A stretch of 64,000 bases of DNA from a virus (taxonomy: Duplodnaviria; Heunggongvirae; Uroviricota; Caudoviricetes): the IMG/VR virus record IMGVR_UViG_3300033062_002687. One strand, 5' to 3'. The notes under the pieces are model-generated. The model ran no database searches and was not told the DNA's origin. It saw only the letters and a program-made list of their open reading frames with translations. The position numbers and the translations under genes are program-made. Below are positions 36,960 to 48,500 of the stretch, piece after piece (within the stretch, counting starts at the first letter, position 1; every line of letters starts with the position of its first letter).

Positions 36960-37406
36960 TCATCGGAATCTTGCAAACCTCCTTTGTTGTGCCTTCATCC
37001 TTACCCTTTCAAAGATCCATACTTTTATCCTGTTTAAATGCCGCTCGACGTCAAATTTTGAAACGACCTGCCCGTTATCTTCTCTTTCGAAATATGAATA
37101 ATAATCCGGATTCGATTCAATGGCCATCTCGAGATCATATAATGAAAGACCTGATGCTATCTGTTCACCTGTAAAAACTATTTCTTCAACTCCCTTGATC
37201 ATGAATTTCAGTTCCGTAAGCTCGTCGTCTTCAAATAGCTGAAGGGAAAGAGTAAATAATTCACTCCAATAATGCGGCATGAGTGAATTCTGAGCTCATC
37301 AAAGGCTCGACCTTAAATGATTAACTCAAGGATACGAAGCAATATCATTTGAAGGAAACAAACATTGTTTGCTTCTCTCTTCCCAGGAATATCTTGTGAA
37401 TGCCAT
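36960..37406 (-). CDS. Hypothetical protein; 5' part probably intron-interrupted
   Basis: Coupled TAATG start at 37406 is in frame with ORF 36960-37280 but three TGA codons lie in a hairpin-rich insert. Confidence 0.55.
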
Positions 37407-38284
37407 TAGACAACCACTTCCTGTTGCTTCATATCTACACTCATCTCCAACAGCTTATTTAATTCCATAATTAATTCATTCACATTGTACCCCTCCTCGA
37501 CTACATGTATCTTATAGCCTCTTTTTTCATAAAAATCAATTGTTCCTTGTTTCGTTCGATGATAAGGAACATTAAATTTAGTTTGATTATGAAACACACC
37601 ATGATATTCAACAATTAACCTACTATCTGATGAAATAAAATCAGGATTTTTTCCATCAATCCATAATGAAAAATCACCAACATATTTCAATGGCAAATTA
37701 TATTTTTCAAATAAATTAATTAAATTTCTTTCAGGAATATTTGGACTTGCATTTATTTTTTCACTCCATCGTTTAACCCATTCCGGATCTTTATACAATC
37801 TTTTTTTAGATAATGATAGATTAGGAAATTTTCTTCCTATTCTCGAATCTGATATTTTTTTCCTTACTTTAGCATTCATTGCTAATTTTATTGCCAACCT
37901 AATCTTATTTCGTTCGTCAACTGATCTTACTTTGCCTTTTAGAGGAGAAATCCATCCATTCTTAACTCGCAGTTTAACTGCATTTCTTATTTTATCTTTA
38001 GTTTCACTATTATGACTTCTTCCAAACATCGGATTTTTACATCCTGCATTAGACTTTAATGAACCTCTATTACGCCTAAAAATTCCAAATTTTTTTAATG
38101 CATAATAAACAGTCGAATCATTAACTCCATACTTTTTCGCAATATGAGTACCAGATGTTGTTAAATATTCATTAATTAAATCCTCTTTCGATATCCAATC
38201 TAACAGAATCTTACCTTTTCTATTACATTGTGAAGATTTTCTCAACTTCCAGAGATCATTATTTTTTGCAAATACCATTACCAA
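37406..38284 (-). CDS. Putative homing endonuclease (HTH, NUMOD3 repeats, Vsr/DUF559-like nuclease)
   Basis: NPMFGRSHNSETKDKI; PNIPE...PDF...IVEYHGVFH. Confidence 0.8.
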   Translation of the reverse strand: MVMVFAKNNDLWKLRKSSQCNRKGKILLDWISKEDLINEYLTTSGTHIAKKYGVNDSTVYYALKKFGIFRRNRGSLKSNAGCKNPMFGRSHNSETKDKIRNAVKLRVKNGWISPLKGKVRSVDERNKIRLAIKLAMNAKVRKKISDSRIGRKFPNLSLSKKRLYKDPEWVKRWSEKINASPNIPERNLINLFEKYNLPLKYVGDFSLWIDGKNPDFISSDSRLIVEYHGVFHNQTKFNVPYHRTKQGTIDFYEKRGYKIHVVEEGYNVNELIMELNKLLEMSVDMKQQEVVV

Positions 38285-38387
38285 TTCTCCTCATAATTAT
38301 CGTCGATCCATTTGACTTTATCTTTATCAGACATTTTTGACCAATGCTCAGGAAGCTTGCAATTTCTCTTCTTAAAAAACATCAGTG

Positions 38388-38636
38388 TCACCTCTGAAAT
38401 GCTGTTATTAGATTCCCTAAAATATTGTAGTGATGAAAATACCATACTGTCCAGATGCCAAACATCAGTATCAGAAACATAATTATTGAGAACACCATTA
38501 ATATCTTTTTGTAATCAGCTAAATGTCGATTATTTATCTCGATGTTCCTGTTCAATGTATCCAAATCAACCTGACTAAATCCATGAAGCACAGTGCCTGA
38601 GGCTTTATCTTTGTACGTCAATGTCAATCTTTTCAC
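38388..38636 (-). CDS. Small membrane protein
   Basis: One TM helix. Confidence 0.6.
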   Translation of the reverse strand: MKRLTLTYKDKASGTVLHGFSQVDLDTLNRNIEINNRHLADYKKILMVFSIIMFLILMFGIWTVWYFHHYNILGNLITAFQR

Positions 38637-38893
38637 CCCTACATTTATGATTTCCGATCACATCATAGATCCATAGGATCTCGTTATATGGCCTATTATC
38701 CTTAACCTGAACAATTACTTCCTTGCAAACCTTGCATTTATATGTTTTCATATTACAAGAGCATAACCTAGTAGGATGATTCCTACCAGCATGCCAATTA
38801 AAAAAGCTCTTTGCCTATTTTGATATACTATCTGAGCTTCGATATCCGGATTCCTTACTAGATTCCCTGTTATGATATCAACAGCTTCTTCCA

Positions 38894-39232
38894 TCATTTA
38901 CTCCTAGTTATGATGTAAGATATTGGAACTCCTTTTATATCAAAGTCACATTCTATGTTCTTTGGTATTGGACAATTATATCTGCCAAAATCACCATAAC
39001 ATTCTCCTGGCGATACATCTTCCAGCTTAATGTCATTCATCGTACAGTGCCCTTTTACATCCATGGTTCCACCAGCTAGAACAACTATTATCACACAAAT
39101 CATTGCCAGAACACCAAGGCACACTAAAGTCTCACCTAAATCTTCATGCCAAGTCGACTGACGATCCTTTCTTGAGACTAATCTCTTCAGGAGACTTGTT
39201 CTTTTATTTTTTTCTTCTTTCTTTTCAGCCAT
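38894..39232 (-). CDS. Small membrane protein with Cys-containing ectodomain
   Basis: TM helix followed by several Cys; AGGTGAG RBS. Confidence 0.7.
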   Translation of the reverse strand: MAEKKEEKNKRTSLLKRLVSRKDRQSTWHEDLGETLVCLGVLAMICVIIVVLAGGTMDVKGHCTMNDIKLEDVSPGECYGDFGRYNCPIPKNIECDFDIKGVPISYIITRSK

Positions 39233-39404
39233 TTTCTCACCTTTTTATTTTATCCTCTTCCTCTAATCGAAAAATTAGCATTAAGCTCTCTGGCCTGATC
39301 TACCCTTTTACAAAAAGGACACACGATCTGCTCACCATTAAATAAACGAAATTCTTTTCTGCAGTTCGAATTCATGCATTTGAATCGACGCGTATTATCC
39401 ATCT

Positions 39405-40244
39405 TTATCCTCCTCTACTTTCCGTCTCTCCCATTGGACTTGGGATCTTGAGCAACTTTCTTTCTTCCAAAGCTTTCTGATGCTGTGCATCCATACCGAC
39501 GGCGCGCCTTGTAATTGCAACTTCATCTTTTAAAAATTCATGAATATGAGCCCTCCAAGCTTCCTTAACAACTGAGTGGTCGATTCGTGCAATATCTAAA
39601 AATGCCCTATTTGGAAAATACATTGAAAATTTCTTAATCATAGACACAGCATAAACCTTCACATCACCGACAAGTTGAGAATGTTCATCATCAAATACCC
39701 TAAGTATCTTTGGTTGTTCGAATAATGAAAAAGGCCACATCATTTTTTTCCAAATGAAACAATCTTCAGGAATAATGACCATTGAAGGATCCCATTCCTC
39801 TCCCCTAACCCTAGCATCTTTTTGCAATTTAGTAATTTGATCAGGAGTGAGTGCTGCAATCTTATTCAGATCCTTATATGATTGAATTTGACAATATCCT
39901 ATAATTTTTCCAACCTTGAATTCTCCATGTTCCTTGTCTCCTGTAAAGTAAAGATCTTTCAGCATTGGCGGCTTTGAATATGTTCCAGCATCAATAATAT
40001 CCTGCATAACTGTTGCAACCAGATCAACTTTGGGCCGTTGCATTATCTTAAAAACAAGATAAACTATACCACCAAAAATCGCAAGAACAATCATCCATGT
40101 AAAAATTCGTGAGATAAAATCCTTAAACCCTAAGAAACCGTATCTTGCATAAGTATAGATACAAATACCTACAAATAACACGATAATTACTAGGATTATT
40201 GCCTTTTTCTTATCTGCACCGCTTTCTGGCTGTCCTTCTGCCAT
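39405..40244 (-). CDS. Membrane protein (2 N-terminal TM)
   Basis: 279-aa ORF. Confidence 0.8.
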   Translation of the reverse strand: MAEGQPESGADKKKAIILVIIVLFVGICIYTYARYGFLGFKDFISRIFTWMIVLAIFGGIVYLVFKIMQRPKVDLVATVMQDIIDAGTYSKPPMLKDLYFTGDKEHGEFKVGKIIGYCQIQSYKDLNKIAALTPDQITKLQKDARVRGEEWDPSMVIIPEDCFIWKKMMWPFSLFEQPKILRVFDDEHSQLVGDVKVYAVSMIKKFSMYFPNRAFLDIARIDHSVVKEAWRAHIHEFLKDEVAITRRAVGMDAQHQKALEERKLLKIPSPMGETESRGG

Positions 40245-40251
40245 TGTTTAC

Positions 40252-40587
40252 CTACTTATTTATTACATATTTTGTGAGGAAGATTATGAAGCTTGTCAAA
40301 AAGATTGCAAACACAATTATAATAAAGGCTAATAGACCATACAGCATGGATTTGCCTTTAGTAAGCCCTGGCACTCCTTGTGGTTGCATTGGAGGCTGTT
40401 GTGGATATGGCTGTTGCTGGGGATATTGCGGCTGCATTGGTGGCTGCTGTGGCGGATATGCAGGATATCTTTGTGGTGGCTGCATTGGTGGCCTCTGGGG
40501 AAGAGGATAACCTCTTGGCGGATAATTCTGCTGCTGTTGCGGCGGATAACCTCCTTGTTGTGGTAAAGGACGTCTATATGATTCCAT
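40252..40587 (-). CDS. Pro/Gln/Tyr-rich membrane protein
   Basis: YPPQQ repeats plus C-terminal TM; GAGGTGA RBS. Confidence 0.75.
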   Translation of the reverse strand: MESYRRPLPQQGGYPPQQQQNYPPRGYPLPQRPPMQPPQRYPAYPPQQPPMQPQYPQQQPYPQQPPMQPQGVPGLTKGKSMLYGLLAFIIIVFAIFLTSFIIFLTKYVINK

Positions 40588-40598
40588 TTTTGTTCACC

Positions 40599-41126
40599 TC
40601 ATATTTGTTCCTGAGGAAATTGCTCCTGAGGATACTGCTGATCTTGATAACCTGGATATTGAGGTTCCTGATAAGGTTCTTGATATTGAGGCTGTTGAAC
40701 TTCCTGGAAATTAGCTTCAACAGGCTTAGATGGCACGTGCTGATAAATTGTAGGGGCAGCTGGAAATCGCTTTTGTAATTGCCGTTCATATTCAGTTAAT
40801 GAATATTTTTTATTTATCCTGTTAAGAAGATATGCCATTAGCGAATTAATGAATATGCTCAGACCAAGAACACCAATAATAATCCTCTTTTCTGTCTTAG
40901 CCATATACTGATTTGTCCTTTCATCAAGAGCAGCGGTATTAGCGTCTTCATTCGTAATCATCTGCTCTTTCAGAGATTTGAATTGGTCGTCAAAATCCTT
41001 AAGAATCTGAGCCCTGAAGTTCTCAAGCTGCTTGGCATCAAGCGCTGCACTGCTTATCTCTTCAGCAAGAACAATATAATTAATCAAGAACAATGCTATG
41101 ATTAAGATTACAACTGTTTTATTCAT
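40599..41126 (-). CDS. Membrane protein with coiled coil and Q/P/Y tail
   Basis: Signal peptide, TM helix, QEPY repeats. Confidence 0.75.
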   Translation of the reverse strand: MNKTVVILIIALFLINYIVLAEEISSAALDAKQLENFRAQILKDFDDQFKSLKEQMITNEDANTAALDERTNQYMAKTEKRIIIGVLGLSIFINSLMAYLLNRINKKYSLTEYERQLQKRFPAAPTIYQHVPSKPVEANFQEVQQPQYQEPYQEPQYPGYQDQQYPQEQFPQEQI

Positions 41127-41178
41127 TAAGCCCGACCTAGTTATCTTCTGTAAAATTTTAAAGTTTATAAAGTTTTCC

Positions 41179-42522
41179 TTAGCTATGCTTAGCTATGTAT
41201 CCTACAAATGTGAATAACAAAAACACTACAAAAGCGCCAACAAATGTTGACCATGTAAAGACATTACGTATTCCGAATACTTGAATGCCCAAGCTATAAC
41301 CTGCATCTGGATTTTTTACATAATTCAAATCACATGAAAGACCAATAGCATCACCAATCACTTTTTTTTGAATCACACCATCTAAACTACTCGAATGTGT
41401 AATTGCAAAAACTGAGGTGTCCATCGTAGGATTATTTGCTACCACTGAATCAAAAATGAAACTTGAATATAATATATTTCCTTTAAGATCATCAGTCGGC
41501 CTAAAGGATGTATCGATCCTATCTGCTATAAAGGTAAGATAATCATACTTTGTCGAATCAAATATCCAAATTTTATTCGTCCCATCAGTTAACTCTAACC
41601 AACTACCACTTTCATCATTCTGAATAGTTGGAACTACTGGACATGCCTTTTGGATCATGTCTAGCTCACTTTTATCAATTGTCGTTAGACCCATCTTATC
41701 TTCATTCAGATTAGTATAACTTAATAATAATAATGATGGAGTTGCTGTTGGAGTTACCCAATATTGCAATGCATCAACTACATCATCTTTTATTGTACAA
41801 TCTGAGCCAAACCATGGAATTGTAGCACCTAATATAGTCAAAGTATTTTTAATGCAGCTATTACAAGATGATGAAGAAAATTTTCGTGGAAGAACAGAAC
41901 CCATGCTCATTGATTCAAAATGTATTGACCCAATATTAAATCCTGAATTTTGTGGATTCTTATCAAGATCTCCAAGTTTCATATAACATTGGCCATTTGT
42001 ACTATCTGTCCTTACTTTTTTGCAAATAAAAAAATCTTGAACGCATCCAACATTATATGCACCACGATTCAACCAGTAACATGTATCATTATTAACCAAA
42101 AATATATCTTGTTTCTTAACACCGTTCGGCACAATTATATAATCATGAGAAAAATATTTTGCATAATATTTTTGATCATCAGCTGCTAAATCCTTTAAAC
42201 TACTAGCTCCTGCTACTATTTCCTGAAAAATTCCTACAATTGGATCACGAGTTGTTAGAACACCTTCAGAACTACAAGAATTTCCAACACCCATTGTAAA
42301 ATTAACTCCTGGAATCAATATAACTGATGCTAATAAAACTCCAAAAATCATTTTCATTGGAACTGGCAAAGCTTGAAATGTTACACTTATCATGCTCCAT
42401 ATCGAGCTAACAATTATTGAAATTACTGACCAAATTGCGTTTAATACTCCCGGCGCAAAAATAGCTAATAAAACTCCACCTATTATCACACTCGCTCCGA
42501 CTAAAATGCTCGCTAATCCCAT
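41179..42522 (-). CDS. Multi-TM protein with large ectodomain
   Basis: N- and C-terminal hydrophobic helices. Confidence 0.8.
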   Translation of the reverse strand: MGLASILVGASVIIGGVLLAIFAPGVLNAIWSVISIIVSSIWSMISVTFQALPVPMKMIFGVLLASVILIPGVNFTMGVGNSCSSEGVLTTRDPIVGIFQEIVAGASSLKDLAADDQKYYAKYFSHDYIIVPNGVKKQDIFLVNNDTCYWLNRGAYNVGCVQDFFICKKVRTDSTNGQCYMKLGDLDKNPQNSGFNIGSIHFESMSMGSVLPRKFSSSSCNSCIKNTLTILGATIPWFGSDCTIKDDVVDALQYWVTPTATPSLLLLSYTNLNEDKMGLTTIDKSELDMIQKACPVVPTIQNDESGSWLELTDGTNKIWIFDSTKYDYLTFIADRIDTSFRPTDDLKGNILYSSFIFDSVVANNPTMDTSVFAITHSSSLDGVIQKKVIGDAIGLSCDLNYVKNPDAGYSLGIQVFGIRNVFTWSTFVGAFVVFLLFTFVGYIAKHS

Positions 42523-42531
42523 TTTATGCCC

Positions 42532-45500
42532 TTATGATTTTTTTATTGCTTTAAGTATTGGAATGCATAATACCATTATTACAAAAATAACAAGCAACAC
42601 CAGCTTATTTGACCATAATATGCTCCAGACTCCTGTTAAAAACGGCCCTGCGACCTTGCCTGTTGTTTCGGTGAATGATAATATCATTGCGCAATATGTC
42701 GCTGCAGCCTGATTCACTCCCTCATCTTTGCTAAAATCAAATGCTCCACTAACTTTCTTACCATTCTGATCAATTTCCTGACCGGCTACATCTGTATTGA
42801 ATGTCATCCTATATGTATAATTGACGCAATAATGCAACAACTCATTAAAACAGCCTCCGCTATATTGCACAGGAATACTTCTTGCCATCTGTTTCAAATC
42901 TTTTTCAGTGCAAAATTTTGGAGATCCTGTAGCTGATACTGTTCCTGGCGGAAACCCTTCTCCATATGTTGTACACCAGGAATTTATGTTACAGCTTCTT
43001 AGTAAGTCAACTCCGGCATGTTCAGCTACAACTGAAACAGTCTCTGCATAGTGCAATCCATATATTTTTATGAAGCGTATCTTAATACTGCCTCTTTTCA
43101 AGTTAATTCTGACTCTATTGTAATTATTCACATTGGTATAATCCGGCTTTCCTAAAAATGTCATGACCCATGGAGTAGCTGATATGCCTATTGTATCTGT
43201 TTCAGCATCCCATGTCAAATGATCAAGATCAGGATTTGACATATCAGAATTTCGCAATGCCATCCACTTCTGATCCCCGGCTGTAAATGACATTTGCACT
43301 TTATATTTTTTCGATGCATTCCAGTTATGACCAAGATCCCCTTCTGTAAGATCAACCTTGCTTAATGTTGATCCAGAACTACCATCAAGCATACTTCCTG
43401 ATTGCATCCTTAAATAGCCTATTGCATAATTCTGGCCAATCTTTGTCGAAAAGCTTTCAGCCCAAGCGTCAACTCCGAATGTCACATCTGCATCTGCTGA
43501 CAGCTCATACCCAATTTCAACAAAAAGATCTGAAGTTGGACACTTCAAGCCATCTAACACCAAAGAAGCTTGGGTCAAGCTTGAGCTTGTGGTTGACATT
43601 CCAAAATAACCTGTTCCTGTTGTAGGGGTTGATCCTATATAAGACCATCCATGCTGACGAGGATCATCCCCAGCGAAGAAATCCTCTACATAAGAACAGG
43701 CACTTGCAGTTGGAATCGATGACTCTAAAACAGTACCTGAACATGTTCCTGAAGCAAGTTCTGTTCCCTGAGCATCATACATATGAATTACGACCTTGGT
43801 CATTCCTGAAGATATCATAACTATTGGATCAAAAATTAACATCATTCCAGACATCTTATAATTTATAGCTTGATATGTCGCGCTATCACCTAATGATGCT
43901 TTGAAGATTAATCCTGTTAAGTTAGGACTTGTATATGTTGCTGTTACCTGAATCACATTTGATGACACGGTGCAGGTCGGAGTAATTGATGCTGGACCAA
44001 CTAACAAACTGGATTGAGGAGGACGACTTATATATGCGCCAGAACCACTTGATCCAATAATCAAAATATCAAGATAATCATCATTATTCAGATTTGCCGG
44101 AATTGCCTCAGCAGTATCCAACGAACTATTCTGAAGCCTAACAATTGACGATGGATTTAGATAAATGATTGCTTTCGGAGAAACCAATTCAGAATAATCA
44201 TCTTTGGTAACATCAACAGCAAAAATTGATTGAGTTCTTACTGAAGATACAAAAGAGTCTACTGAACTTTGAAAATTGTTTCCAGTTTTGAATTTTTTCA
44301 CGTTCAATGATTGTCCCAACGAATATGAAAAAGCCGGATAGAAATTAGAACCATCTTTAAAAAATACAGCTCCTGATACCAATGGATTAGAAATATTAGT
44401 GCAAAAATCATATTCATACACATTTTCAGTTTGAACTGCATTAAAATATGTATATCTTGTTAAATTTGTTCCTTCTATTGCAAATATCCCTATATCATCA
44501 TGCATAATCATATTCATGCGTGTCCTATATGTATCTTCTTGAGATGTAATATTTGACCAGGATAATCCTGACCAAAAGCCGTATAGATTAATCTTTTTAA
44601 TTCCGATTCCGATTCCATCCATGTAACCTGAGAGATAATAATAACTTCCTTTGATAGCAGCCACAGAAACCTGATCATGATATTCATCTCCGGAGGTAAA
44701 TTTTTCAATAAATGAACCATAATTAGCATCACCAACTATCATTGTTTCCCGCGGAAGACTCATATCCCTTACAGTAAGCAATGACCAAAAAGATCCAGCA
44801 GTTGCAAACGTACCATATATAGTTGCATAATTTGCTCCTGATTTAGAATATACTGAAGTCCATGCTGATGTTGCAAAATTATATTTTTTTATCTGAACAG
44901 AGCTTGGATTACCTGCGGTATAAACCAAAAACAAATCACCACCATCATAAGATACTGATCTGAGTAAAACTGCATTAGCTATATCATGTGATATTGTTAC
45001 CCATGTTGTAGACCCAGAATTTAAATTGCTCACAACACTCAGATTATTATAATTGCCCGAGATTGCATAACAAATTCCTTCATCACAATCTATCCATTTT
45101 CCTGGTGTACCAGTCATATAACCATTTGCTGGTGAAAACCAGTCTCCGCAACCACCTTTGTCACCAACCATTTGACTTCCAATAAAATAAGTTAAAGTTA
45201 TTCCATCAGTTGTCTTAAAATATTTGCGAGTAGTTAAATCAACACCATAGTAATATTCTCCATCTTCATCCATAATTACAAATTTACCAACAGTATTGCG
45301 TTTTCTCCATCCCCAACCATCCCAATAAATAATCTGACCCGAAATATTTCTGCAATTAGCTTCAGTATGACCAGGATCAACACATGATGATCCATCATTG
45401 AACTCGTCAAATGGTGCAACACAATCATCATATACTGTTCCCAAGCAATCTATTGAACTTTTACATTGTATCCAACCCATATTAGCAGCGTGTAAACCCG

Positions 45501-48500
45501 TAACATTACCAATTATATTCCCTTCGCTATTATCCAACAAGCTGCTGCATCCAGGATCCGATGGAAAATCAATAAATCCATCAGCATCGTTATCAATACC
45601 ATCATTACATTGAGGATTTGTTTCGTCATCATCTATTGCACTTGTACATCCTGGATCAGCTGGATAGTCTATCTTGCCATCACCATCATTATCAATACCA
45701 TCATTACATTGCGAAGCTTCTGTGATGTCTGATGGATCTGAACATCCCGGATCAGCTGGATAATCTATCAAACCATCAGCATCATTATCAATACCATCGC
45801 TGCACTGCGGAGGGGGGGGTTGTATTAATGTAACATTAAATAAACAGGTGACTATGCTATCTGAAGCAGTGGTATCACACATTTTTGAAATATCATCAAA
45901 TCTACCAAGTGGATCATGAACTGATACACTCCATGTTCCTTGAGGAATATTAAATTTTCCACCACCATTAACAGTTATTTCCCAGATCCTTGGTTCTCCT
46001 CCTCTTGTGAAATTTTCAACTGAAATCCTTACTCCTGTAACGAGATTAGTGAGTACTCCATCAAATATAAGATAACGTATTTTTTCAATAGTCGTTCCAT
46101 TATGCCAAATTAAATTTCCTTCGTAAGTATTTGTTTGGTTAAATTTATAATAATGAGAATTAGTCACATAAATTTTCCAGTGTGCTCCTTTCTGCACAGA
46201 AGAAATTATGCCAAAATTAGCGAATTCATTCGTAAGATTGTGATAGCATGATAGATATTGTGAATCATCTATTGTACCACCAAAGGATTCATGAGAAGGT
46301 ATCCAATCAGCATCCAGACAAATACTCATAACATCTCCACCAGGATCATAACCCTGAGTCTGAAACATCACTCTAGTACCCGGTACTGAAACATTAGCTG
46401 ACGGGACTAAATTCAACAAAGAAAGCTCTGGTTTTCCACTTGCTTCAAGATAAACAAGACCAGAGTTATCATAAAAAAGCAGATCAAGTACATTACGAGT
46501 ATTTCCAAGTCTTACTGGAATAACGTGATACGGATAATAATAATACCATAATCTTGATAATGACTCAGAAGCCTCTACTTGATAAAATGATCGGGTATTA
46601 TTTAAAGGAAGAGTTTCATCAACATAAGAAACAGCATAGTTTATTTGATAATATCCTCCCCCCATATGATCCATGCATGTGAATAAAATTTCCTTATCAG
46701 GATGACTTGAATCCAATTCAACAGCAAGCAGATATTCTTGAAGCCCGCCAGAAATATCATATTCCCAATTAGGAACATCGCATGCTGGAGCTTGAAAAGT
46801 ATTATCCGTCATCGTTGAATCTACACGATAAGTATATTTATCCCAACATAAAAGATGCCGACTAAAATAAGCTTCTTTATAAGCCGCACAAATATCATTA
46901 TTCATTTCGACAGGATTTGTACAAGTGCCAAACGCAATAGTTCCTGCACCTTCCGGATGGCCAGAATATGGTGTATATGTTCCTGTAAGGGTATTTTTAA
47001 TAGTTCCATTATCCGCATTAAAAACATAATAAGTAACACTACCAAAAATCAGATCCCCCGAACCTGAACAACCACTAACAAATATATCTCCTGTTGAAGT
47101 AATCATTGGTGCTGGTCTTCGCCAGTTCCCTGTAGACTGACTTACCCAATCTTGATTTCCTAATTCATCGACACATACCACTGCAAAATTAGAGTTATAA
47201 AAAAGAGCTTCAATGTCATTTTCTCCTCTAATATCTCCGACTGAAGGAATAATATCACCACTATAACCAGCAACATTAGTATTATTGAATTGATTACAAT
47301 TAAATATCCCATTAGTTAAATCACATGAAGCATATCCTGCCGCTGTTCTCCAAAAACAAATTGGAGTATTAGACTCATCATATTCACATCCGATTCCATC
47401 CTGCCTTTTTAAAAGACCTGATACTACACTATCTCTCAAATATAGCGACCCATCATAACAATAAGACTGTGAATGATTGTTCATGTTATTTAGCAAAAGT
47501 ATCGTCAGAGTTTTGTAATTGCTACTGCATGGTTCAGGAATAACAGTCAGCGTTGCATTATCTCCTATGTCAAGCGATGCTTTCACATTAAAAGAAGTGT
47601 CTCTGATATAAAGATGATTATTCCAAGTATGTGCAATTTCTATTTGCCCATCTCCATTGAAATCTCCGGTGACAACATTTTCAACTCCACTATAAATATA
47701 AGATTGGTTTAAAGAAAGATTAATCTGAGCTTTGACTTTCATATCTCCAAAATAAACTTGTTTTACTTCAGGTTTATAATCCCTGCTCATATTTGCTGTT
47801 GGACTCCACCACATATTCCACCAGTCATAATTATTTGCAGAAGGATATGTGTAAGAATAACTCATGTTCTGCGTCTCATTCAATTGCGGTGGCAATGGTG
47901 GTGATGGTGGAATTATCGAACTTCTATTTGTTTCAAAAAAGTTAGTTCCAAGATTAGAACTGAAAAAAATATCTGGAAATTGACTCCCACCCCATTCTCC
48001 AAGAAACATACTATTTGTACTATTCAAAGGAATACCTACCATATTTAAATTAGAACTATTGGAGGAAAAAATTATATATCCTGCACCGGTTATTGCCTCA
48101 TCTCCATTTTTCGAATTCAATAGTTCAGTTCCAATAAAATCATAAGAAGACCAATCATGCCCACCTTCATAACTTCCAGATATGTAACTAGAAATGTCCT
48201 TTTTATACCAGCATCCGCAAGTTGGACATCTTTGATCAATGTCAGCTTGCTGTTCAACAGCACCAGTATCTATATTTTGGCAGGTTATTGTATCTGTTTT
48301 TCTTCCAGAAGTGCTGTGCCAACCTCTACTGTGATATATGTAGAAACACATCTGCTCATTAACATTGTCCCCATCTGAATCTCTTTCCCAAATGTTACTA
48401 ATGTATCTTTTTCCATCTGTGCAATCAGCAGGATTGTTGCATAGAGCCGCATCATTCTCACAATGCTTTGCATAATACTGAAAAATTCCACCTGAATTGA

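Noticed and set aside
36830..36963. ORF 36763-36963, or its alternative frame, as a real gene
   Set aside because: The region has two hairpin plus T-tract elements resembling terminators and no clear start for the more protein-like frame; left unresolved
40199..40778. Plus-strand Cys/Gly-rich ORFs
   Set aside because: Antisense shadows of the P/Q/Y-rich minus-strand genes
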